From contig NC_092672.1 in NCBI RefSeq assembly GCF_964355755.1, positions 34,540,437-34,604,436 on the forward strand: 64,000 nt of DNA, in the 5' to 3' direction. This stretch comes from Antedon mediterranea. Its lineage: Eukaryota > Animalia > Echinodermata. The translations under genes and the position numbers were made by a program. Position 1 is the first letter of the stretch. Each line of letters begins with the position of its first letter. Positions 49,085-61,000 of this stretch are shown here, piece by piece. The notes under the pieces are model-generated. The model was not told where the DNA came from, made no database searches, and worked only from the letters and a program-made list of their open reading frames with translations.

Positions 49085-52000
49085 TTAGCAACCAGACAAG
49101 TCACGCTTTTTCTTCCCTTTAGCATAAAATCTGGTTTCTACAGGGTCGAATCCCTGCTCTGCGCTGCCATACACCGCCCAGTGAGGCGTGGCTGCCATGT
49201 AATCCTCGGCCCGGAATGTAGAGTCTCCTTCACTTTGTTTTAAATCTTGAATCAACTCGTGAAATTTATCATAATCTATCCAAGTATGCCAAATGCCATC
49301 TACCTTAAACTGTTGGACGAAAAAGGACAGAATCTTTGTCAATATTGGTTTTAATGGCTTTTGGTAGTAAATCTATGCAAACTGGTAAAACTGTACAGAA
49401 ACCAATAAATGTACAATTCATGCTAACATTTTCTGAAAAATTCTTAAACTGTATACTATACAATTTTAAAAAAATATTAAAAATTAAAAATAAATTTGTG
49501 CTGTTATAAAATAAATGTAATGTATAGTTGCATGCTAAATTTATTGAATAACATAATACAGTATTCGCTTTTATATATTACAAACCTTATATTTCTGTTA
49601 TTACAGTTATATAGATTTTTTCTTTTTTAGGGCACCACTAGTTGTAAAAGCGTTGTTGCTTGTTTTGTGGTTGTCCCTGTTCCATTTCTTCTCAATTTTA
49701 CAATTTCAGATGGAATAAAAGAAATAAACTTACTTTTTTGTGTGCCAGCAGAACGCAATTGGAATGAGCATGCTCAGAAGCTATTTCGTAGTCATTCAGA
49801 CTATTTGCTAAATTTTCTACAAATCCTACGACTTCTTCATGCCAAGGCACATTCTCCATTGTTAATGAACTAGCTTTTGATGTTCCGCAATATGTAACCC
49901 CCTTTGAAAAAAAGGATATCATAGAATGAGCATGCTCACAAGATATCATCCAACTATGGATGTTAATACAGTAGTAATATCTAATTTGGTTTTCAATGAT
50001 AGTTATTATATAACACCTAAAAATAACTAATACTAATAAATTCTTGTTATTTGATAAAAAACAAGTGCCCTATTATTATGTTAAAGATGAAAGGTCATAT
50101 AACCTTTCACCTCTTGAAATTATTTGTACTATTGCACTCATAAACATTATTTGTATGCTATAGAGTATTCAATGATGGTTATTATAGAGGATTTATAATC
50201 TGAATTAGATGCTTTAAAATATAATTGAAACATTATTGGAAATTTAAAAAAAACATGCAGTATAAGAAAAGGAAAAGAAGATATGAAAATACTATGTCTC
50301 ACCTTGACTTCAATGAAATCTGGTTTTCCTAGGCTGACTAAGTTTGCATATGCATCAACCTCCTCACTATTCCAAGCCTTCACGATTGTCAGACGATACA
50401 CCGTACGCTGACCCTAGGAAATAACAGTTATTTACAATGATTTCATTCAATTTTAGGACTATTATTATTTTGGACTAGTATTATTCATTATTAAAGTAAT
50501 GCTGTGATGATTTGTTTACGTCTAATTTCTGATGGATACACTAAGAATCAACATTTGTTTTACATTTACGTGAAATCTGCAGAATTATTGACTGAACATC
50601 AATTTCAGTACTAATTATCCCTTAAGACCCTAGGCTTACCTAAGTATTAACAATCATTTTTTGGGTCTATCACTCATTTAGTTCATTCAGGTTTTTTTCT
50701 ACATACCTTTTCTGATAAAGCTTTTAGGCTGTTAAGGAATCTAGGCCAGAAGTCTCTAAATAGAGGTCTGTCGATCTTCTTTAAACTATCCTTAGTGCTG
50801 GCATCAACACTTACATAAAGCTGCGTCACAGGTTCCAATGATCTACAATATAACACACATTTAGTATTATAGAAATTTGTATACCTCAATGGAAATATGA
50901 TATAGGTCTCGTATTCAATTCTGAACATAGGGTAATGAGCTGTTAGCTCATTTTACTTAAGCCTTGGCATTGTGTGGTACAGTGACCAGTTCCTTTCCAC
51001 GCCATCTTATCTTCCCTAGTATTTTTAACCAGATACTTATTTACAGCATACTGGGAGTTGTCGAGTATAATCCCAGGGGTATGGTTACATTTGGTGAACA
51101 TTAGGGGTGGACATTTACTCTTAAAGCTCTGTCTACACTATCAAACTTTTATGTGACAAAGTGATGTACCCATATATGGACATGATGATGTGGATATGGA
51201 CATCATAATTACAGAACCATATTTGGTCATATCACTACCACATTTGGGCACAACGAGTTTGATAGTGTAGACAGAACATTACGGTACAATAATCCAACAC
51301 TACACTAATCTCATACATGTCTGATTACCTTATTGCATCAGGGAACTGTGCATTTGTAACAAGGAATGTTGATATTTCTTTACTGTGGAGTAACTGAATA
51401 AGTGTGTTTATTTCTGGATACATGATTGGTTCGCCTACTAATGATAAAGCACAATGTTTGGCCGTCATTCCTTCTGCTAGCCTTTCTGGTATCACGCCTG
51501 GTACACCTAGAAAAATATGGCAATATATAATGCTGTGAATTAATCAAATTCACTTACTATCTTTTCTGGTTGTCTGGTATTTGAACAGGACAAGTCTCCT
51601 TTCATTTCTTATACCAAATTTAATTAGACATATTACTTTTTTAAGCTCTGTCTACACTATCAAACTTTATGTGACAAAAATGGTGATGTGCCCATATATG
51701 GACATGATGATGTCATATCACTACCATATTTGGGCACACACACTTTTTTTGTCAAACTAGTTTGATAGTGTAAATAGAGCTTTATACATAATTTAATTAG
51801 ACATATTACTATAATTTATGAATTTTTGTATAATTTCACAAAAAAGGAAGTTATGTTGAACTTAAATTGAAAGAAAAAATGTTTATTCGATTTGAATACC
51901 AGCTTACAGAAAAAAAATGTGTTTATAAATAAATAATATTTATGTCATACCTTTGAATTCATTAATCATTTTGTAATGATTTTGAAGAGCACCCTTAACA

Positions 52001-55000
52001 ACAGTTTCTGGATCATCCATTTTCCATCGCCATTCAGTTCCAACAGGGTTAGTGTGATGTCTGGAACAAAAAAAACATAGATTATTAAAATAACAACTAA
52101 TAATTAAAAAAAAGTACAAGGCCAGATAGAGATGTTTGTCAAATTTGTTTATGTTGAACAATACTTGGGAGATGTAACAATTTTTTAAATTTATTTTACA
52201 TCTTTCTGACAATACTATTTTCAATAGACAATTTTTTTCTATAAGCTGGTATTCAAATCGAATAAACATTTTTTCTTTCAATTTAAGTTCAACATAACTT
52301 CCTTTTTTGTGAAATTATACACGAACTTGTCACGAACTTGTGTAAAAACAATCAATATTGATTGAACGAGTTGTACTGCACATCAGTCTCGTGTCTAAAT
52401 AAAGTTTATATATATATATATACCGTATATAAATTTCAATTAGAAATCCTAATTTACTTCTGAGAAGTGAATGTATTTTTTGCCGACATGAAAAGAAACA
52501 TTTTTCATTAAAAAAAATAATAATTTACAATTCTAATTTACTTTAGCAAATGTATTGTTTGCAGACATGAAATTGAAAAAAAAACAACAGATTTTTGGTT
52601 AAAATACAAAAACAAAATTAATTTAAAATCCTAAATTACTTCAGTAAATGTATGTATATCATTAATTTACAGCTTTAATATAATGAAAAATGTATTTTTC
52701 AAACATAGTACCAGTCAAGGACATGGTATTCGTTTTAAGTAATGCAAAAATAATTCTCAAAGACTCAAGGTTTTCCGTAAAAAACAAATTAGAACAACAA
52801 ATTTTAATTAGTACAAAATCAGACAGCACAACCTTTCATAAACATTGAACAATTGTGAGCAAATGTATTTCACCTTGCTCTAGATATAAAGATCTGGCCA
52901 CACTATCAAATTTTATGTGACAACAATTCTGATTTGCCCATATATGGACATGATGATGAACTAAAATAAAATTAATGAATGTATTATATACAATGACCTA
53001 GTATAGTCCAAGGGGTATGGTTACAACAATTGGGGAAATTAGGGGTGAACTTTCACTATACTTTAAAGCTCTGTCTACACTATCAAACTTTATGTGACAA
53101 AAATGTGATGTGTGCCCTTATATGGGCCTCATATTACTACCATATTTGGTCACATTACACTTTTTTGTCAAACTAGTTTGATAGTGTAGAGCTTAAGCAG
53201 AGCTTAAAGCTCAGATACAGGCATGAATTTTAAATATAATATTTGGTTAATTGTACATAAATCAAATATTTGTAACAGAAATCGAGACGAAAAAACATGA
53301 ATTTCCCTTAATATGGTCAAATACAAAATTTGGCAAAATTCTTCCATAAAAACCAGGAAGACTTTTTTTCAGTAGTTAGGTAGTTAACCTACTGTAATTC
53401 CATGTCTGGTGACTCCCTAGACGGTGAAAAAAGATGGTGGATATACGGTGGATAATTTTTGCTATAGCATGAAAATAAAAATCTGAAGTGAATAAAAATA
53501 TCAGAAATGTAATATTCAAGTTATATTACCTATATTTAGTCATCTGATAACATTTTTTACCACACCATTTATTTTTCATAGCTTTTTAAAATGCCTCTCT
53601 ATTTACAAAATTTGTGTACAAAAGAATAGAGATTTTACTGTGTAATTTGAACTATCCCCCCACTGATAAGAAAGTGCTTATTTTCAACAAGCTCGTGTAA
53701 CACAAAAAAATTATGAAACATAGGGGAAACTATAGATCGACAATTATTGGAATTATGATCAATAGAAATTTTTTGCCCGCACCTGGCCTTTAAAGCTTAT
53801 GTGACAAAAAAATCTGATGTGCCCATATAAGGACAAACTAGTTTGATAGTCTAGACAGGCAGCTAAAACCAAGGGAGAAAACCATATCTCAAAGACACTA
53901 AATACATGTATTTCAGTTAATACAAAGTTTTATGTGATGAATGCCTTTAATCCAGCTCATTATCAGTGGAGGAAATACAAACAAACAAACAAATAATACT
54001 TAAAATCCATGAGTTTTCTTTGATATGAGGGGGGTATTTCCCAATTTACTAATAAAAAAACCATTTTATATATACTAACCTCCAACAAAAGACACATTTA
54101 TTTGCACATGCTAAACTAGGCGTGGTTTCCATACAACGATGACTTTCAATTCCATAAAAAGTATGTTTGTAGCAGCCACCGCGACCACGCAACATACTCT
54201 GCAATAACAAACAATAATTGGAAGTATTAAATTTCAATCCAACAATATTAACTGAATGAACTGAGGATTGTTCATTATAATATCTCTATGGTGGGAGCAA
54301 TGTGGAGGTGGTGTTGTATATTAATAATTAGTGTAGAAAAAATATCAGCCTGATTGGATTTTAAAGTTATGAAAAAAAAAAAAGTAGACTGAGTGAAAAA
54401 AATATTTAAAAGTAAATAAATGTTAATTTTTGATACTTTTCTAAAATTGATTGAAAACAGGAGCCTATAAAATAATAAATTTCACTTAATAATAATAACA
54501 GGTTTTACAATTAAAAAAAATAGGAAAATGTTTATATTTTAAAGATAAATGTTTCTGTTAGTGTGAATGACCAATCATCTGCCAATAGGGAACTTTCGGT
54601 TTGCGAGAACCGATGACCAACGTAGGTCAGGTCAATCGATGTGTCATCGGTCGACGTCTGGTCCTAGAAATCATCAAATTGGTGTCAAGGTGAGAAGCGT
54701 GCATGTGCACAACACATTTTATGACATGGTTTGGTCGTCGGTGAGTTGCTGCCCTCTATATCATCAGTTTCAATTTTTAAATTAACCATAAAATGATGTA
54801 AACAGACACACCCACATATTTAATCTTCTTTTTTTATATTATAAAATAAATTAAAATATACTTGTTTATATATAGTAACAATAACAATCATACCTACACA
54901 CAGCAGATGTTCATCTGTAATATTCATTAATGATGTATATATAAACATGATGAATGTATATACAAGTATTAATTGATACGACCTCATCTATGATGTATAT

Positions 55001-58000
55001 ATGTATATATGTATATATATATATGTATATATGATGTATATATAAACATGATGAATGTATATACAAGTATTAATTTGTTTACCTTTGTCCACCTACAAAG
55101 CTTAACACCTGAATGTGACCCAATTAATTTATAACCTAAAGAAACAAACACAGAAATCATAAATCAACAATAAAGCTGGATAGTTTTAAAAATAATTTAC
55201 TGTATATCATAGTTTTAATATTCTTTAGTTTTCCTAAAGATATCAAGTAGTCCATTTATAGACAGGTGAGCTTTTATCAAATGCTATAAACATTTATTAT
55301 TTACTATCTTGCTGATAAAAAAATGTGTAGTGTAGTCCTAAGTGCCTGGGTTTGAAAAATAGGGTAGGATTATGCTTGGATTGCTCAACAGAGTTAGCAG
55401 AGTCTTAATTTAGTCTAAGTTAGAGGGTAGGATTATAATCAAGCATGGGATTATACTGTTACTGTACATTAACATTAATGTACAATTCTACTGTACCTTG
55501 CTTAGTTAAAGATTTTCGTAGCAATGGTGTTACCATTTCCTTTGGGCCGTTTGTACCTTTCTCTTCTTCTTCCCTATTATCCTAAACATTGAGAATGTTA
55601 TTATTTTATTGATACACATTATTTGAAGAACAACTAAGATAAAATAAAAGTTATACTGGTTTACAGTCAAAGAACCATCAAATCAATAAGGTAACTATGG
55701 TTTAAAACACAAATTTCATGTTGATAGTTTGTCTATACATAAATAGTTTTTAATTGGTACAATCTTAGCCTTTGTAATTGTTCCTCTGACACACTCTTCA
55801 AATATACTTGTTCCGGCACGGTTCCGGTCTGGTGTCAAGAAATCAAATATAATGTTTAGTTTTCAAGACGCTCTACGAGGCTATACACCAATCGATATGC
55901 ACATAGCAGCTGCATGATAACAAAACATTGACATTCAATTTGATTTTTCAGTGCCGGAACCGTGACTGAGCAGGTGTGAAAGATTTTTTTACCTTAGCTT
56001 GTTTTAATTTAGTCATAACACTTCCAAGATCCTCCAAATCCATCACTGGTTCACTTGATTTTTTACCATCATCATCATCTTCTTCCTCATCACTTGAGGT
56101 CTCATATGCGACCTTCAGTAAAAAAACAAGAATGCCCATAAAAAGGAAAGCAATCCAAAAATAAATAAACAAGCCAAATAAACGCACAATAAAAGCGGAG
56201 AAAAAAAACTACAACTAGGGACCCAGCAAAGTGTATCCTCAATAGAGGTGTCTTCAGAATAGCGATATTGGCCATATACTAAAGGAATTGGCCATACTAT
56301 ACTGATAAGCCTGATAAGTCAGATTTTTTTTAGAAGTCTTCTTTAAAAACAAGATGGGGATGGAGGTTGGTTCCTGTGGTAAAGTTTATGTGGATCTTTG
56401 GATGCAGAAAAATCCCAAACTTGATCCACTTCTGTTCATGACGGTTAGAAGTCTATTGATACAAAATAATAACTTACTTCTTCATCTCCTTGTCCTTCTT
56501 CTTTATTCATTTTCTTCTTCTTCTTCTCACAACATCCTTTATCTTCACTGCATTCACATTTATCTTTGATTTTAATTTGTTTTGGTTCTGTTAATCCTTT
56601 CACGACTGGGATTATAACATTCAACAATTTAGATTTCCATGCTTCAAAATCACCTTCAATTCCTTTTAAGAAGAAACATAACATATTATGTACGTGTAAT
56701 GAACTGATAGTATTAAAACAGTATCATATTAATGCTCATAATAAAGAGGTTAAAGCTCTGTCTACACTATCAAATGTCATGTGACAAAAAAATGTGACGT
56801 GGACATAATGATGTCATATTACTACCATATTTGGGCATATCACTACCATATTTGGTACACTTTTTTTGGTCAAACTGTAGTTTGATAGTGTAGACCATAG
56901 AGGTTCACTATAATATTTCTATGTGTAGACAGAGCTTAAGTGATATATAAAAAGACAGAATGTTTAAACACTATATACTTCTGTATGAAAGCATTGGTAA
57001 CAGGGTTTTAAGCTCTGTCGACACTATCAAACTAGTTTTACAAAAAAGTGTGATGTGCTCAAATATGGTAGTGATATTCTTAAATATGGGCATATCCAGT
57101 TGCTTACCTGGAGAAACCAGATAGCCATTTTAACCTCCAATGGAGAACATATATTTTTGTGAAAAAAGAGTTTATGAGGAGGGGGACCACACAACATGCA
57201 GGCTTCCATACAATAGCACCTTCCTGGAGGGATGTTTAATGTTTTTGGTTACTGATCAAGATATGCTCACTCCTCGGGAGGAAAAGGCCTATGTCAGTTT
57301 ATCCAGGTAAGCTATGCACAAAAACTGTAGTTACCTCCATGTTTGCTTTCTGTCTCATTTTCGTTACCATCCCCTTTCTTCATGAGTCTCATTGCATTTA
57401 GGTCACTTAGCATTTTATCAATTCCTTTGCTTACCTATGGTAATAAATGAATAATTACCGTATATTTCGGTGTATAAGTCGCACTTTTGACACGCAAATT
57501 TGACCTCTAAATTAAGGGTGCGTCTTATACACCGGACATAAATGCCTCACCACACAGATTGTACATATCGTCACCTCGTTTGCTAGGCCTGAGTAGGCTA
57601 GGCCTAGCTACAGTATACTAACGTAACGGCAACCTGCTTCTGCCTAGTTTTCAAGGCATTTTAGCATGATGTTATACTAAATATGATGAAAAGATTTGTT
57701 CATTATGGAGCTGTTGTAGGCGCTCCGATAAAATTTCCTTTGTAAAACGTTTACGATTGGCATAGCAGGCTAGTATTTATTTATAGTTATACGCACGATC
57801 GCCGTACCCCCAGCGCAAGCCCTTCTTGGCGGCCACATGGTGTACGGTATTCGACTAGTATATTCTCCAGGTGATTATAGCATGGACCTAGCGTACACAC
57901 TTCTCGGTCCGGATACATAGATACTAATCGAATATGATTGTCCGTGAAAACGTGCGCCCTCTCGAAATGATCGAGCGAGGCTAGCCCACACGTACGTGTT

Positions 58001-61000
58001 ACACACACGGTCATGCACTCGATGTTGCGGGTGCGAAACTCATGAATAACAAGTTAGAAAGAACTTGTTGAGGCTGGGTAAGAAAAAACGTAAATAAAGG
58101 ATGCCGTTGTAGATATAACAAAATATATTATTACAATAATATTGATTACAATTTAAAAAAAAATTGTTTTGATGAAATATAAGGTGCGTCTTATACATTG
58201 ACGATATAAAAAATACCGATATTTTACTCTCAGTTAGGGGGTGCGTCTTATACACCGAAATATACGGTAATATACAACAAATAATGAATGTTTATGAGTG
58301 TAATGGTACAAATAATGGCATGATTGAGGTGAATGATGAAAGGTTATATGTCAATGAGGCGAAGTCGAGTTGATATAAAACTTTTCATCATTCACCTCAT
58401 GCCATTATTTGTACCATTACAAGAATATAAAACATTCATTATTTGTTTTATATAACATCTAAATAGATTCCTGTCATTTGAATCAAATAAAAGGTAGGGC
58501 CTAGGCCTACATTTGATTCACATTGATTCAAATAGAACATTTGATTTTTAATAATAATATATTAAATATACGGATTTTATAAACACACATACTGTAGTGT
58601 TAATTATGTCAACAAACAAACAATCCTAGGCCTAGCAAAGCTAAAACGCCTAGCCTAATACTATCAGTCCTAGGCTAGCTAGGCTGAAAGGCAGCAATTC
58701 CATACAAAACTTTGGCAACTGAAACTCATTGCGGGTAATTGTCCACTTATGTCTCCTTGAAAAGGGGTGTCCAAAAGGAGGGATTATACTGTACGGAGAA
58801 ACATACATACTTACAAGGTTGTAGTTATTCTTGTAGTCAGAATTACCGAGTCCAAAGACAGCATATTTGACACCATTTAGTAAGGTCTTCTGTACCCTGA
58901 AGTCATTAGTTGACTCTTCCAGCCATTTATAGAACCACACAGCATCTTCAGGGGGCTGTCCGTCAGTGTACGTAGATATTACAAATATATGAACATTAGT
59001 ATTACCCTAAAAATGTAAATAAAGTAATGAATATTACTGTATTTATAATGATTTGGCCACATCATTAATGACTTTGCCTCGACTAGTACACTAATCAAGC
59101 AGGTGACCTTAGACAGTTTGAGAAACTTAACAAGAAGGTCGCAAAAGCAGACATCAATTTCTTAAAGAATGATCATTATCCCTAATTACAAGATTAAATA
59201 ATAATTTGTAATTTTGATTTATAGTAGCTTATTTTGTCTTATTTTAATTTTTTTTAAATTTAGTAATAAAAAAAAAAGTAATAAATATTACTGTATAATG
59301 ATCCTTATCCTTATTACAAGATGAAATAACAATTTGCACGTAAGTTTATATACTTTTACTTTACTTTTATTTTATTAAATAAATATCAATATAAAAAGGT
59401 CTAAAGATAAACCATAGTGAATAAATTATAATTAAATTAGGTTTCATCACAGTTAATAAACTTAATGTTTCAAATCTACCATAATTAGATATCCTCACTT
59501 AAGTATTAATCTCAATCACCCCCAGTCACAAGGATACTTATATCCAAAAACAATTAATTTGACAAACATTACAATTACAGTACAATTTTAATTCTAGTAC
59601 TGTGTAGTAATTACAAGCGCTAGATTTAATCATTTAAAGATGTATTGTCCCCCAAAAAATGAAAAATAAAGATGAAAAAAATCAAATTTTGAATAGACCG
59701 TTTTGTAGTTAACATAAAGTTATTCACTTCCACTGAAAAAAAATCCGAAAAAAATATTGATTTCGCTTATAAAAAAATCAAAATAAGTTTACCATTTTTT
59801 CGAACTCATCGGCTCAGAAATTAGGCCGGTAGAGCTAACTCATACATATGCATGATATGTTAATGAGCATCCACACAGCAGAGATCTGATCTAACAATGG
59901 ACGATGCACGTTGTATGTACAACAACACCACCAGAGATCGACGCGACTCGACTGTGGGTTTCCCTGGCCTGATCGTATAAATATGTAAAGCTGAGCTGTT
60001 AATTTGTCGGTAAGTAGGCCTAGACGGTTATTTTAAATATAATAATATATATAACGCAATAATAACAGGAAGGTAAATTAATTAACTTAGCCTGGGATTT
60101 TTTCCGTTCAGGGCTAGGCCTAGAATAATTAATACATGCTGCTGCATATTACTAGGCTAGTAGCAAGCAGACTGTGACAATCGGGTCCCTGCAGAAGATG
60201 CCCAGCTAGGCCCTATACATTGTACTCTTCATAGACTGGCCTAGGCTATATGCCATCAATCTTAGCTACATTCCGAAAATACAGCCAGCTTGCTGTACCA
60301 TATATATTTACAGTTGAAGCTTGTTTAACTAATTTTTATGATAAAAATAAAACAAACATTTTTCAGGGAAAATGGTTGCAATACAAGCCTGAAATTGAGA
60401 ACCTTACAGCAGCACTGTACAAGTAGACAGAGGGGAAAAGCCAGCTTAGCCATTTTACAACACAAACAAATGTTCTCTGTACTGTAGTAAGTCAAATATT
60501 TATTTTCTCTTTTTATAAGTTATAACATTATAAGTAATGTGTTTTAATTACCATAGAAAGGTAGTATACTTATTTGACTATGTCAAAGTAAGCAATTTCA
60601 CTAGCCCAATTTTGCACTAAATATGCATGATCTATTTTTTCCAGATTTTCATACTTTGCTTTTACTTTTTTTAAAGACGTTGAGCTGATGAAGACTGGAA
60701 CAGAGGTCACCCAAAGACAACAATGATAGACTCGGTATTGGAATATGAATGGATATTGCAGGAAAAATATTTCTGACTCTCCTGCTGCATTCGGCCAATA
60801 TGTTCTTGTCCAGCTTGTAAAATATTGTATATTTTTTTGTATTATATGTACAGTATATTATTTTGTAAACATAACATTCAATAAATAATAAAAAACTACT
60901 ACAACAGTACACAGGATAAATTCTTCAAATTTACTTGCACTTCATAATTTTACTGTAAATATTACAGTGCAAAAGGAGTTAATAAAATATATATATACAG

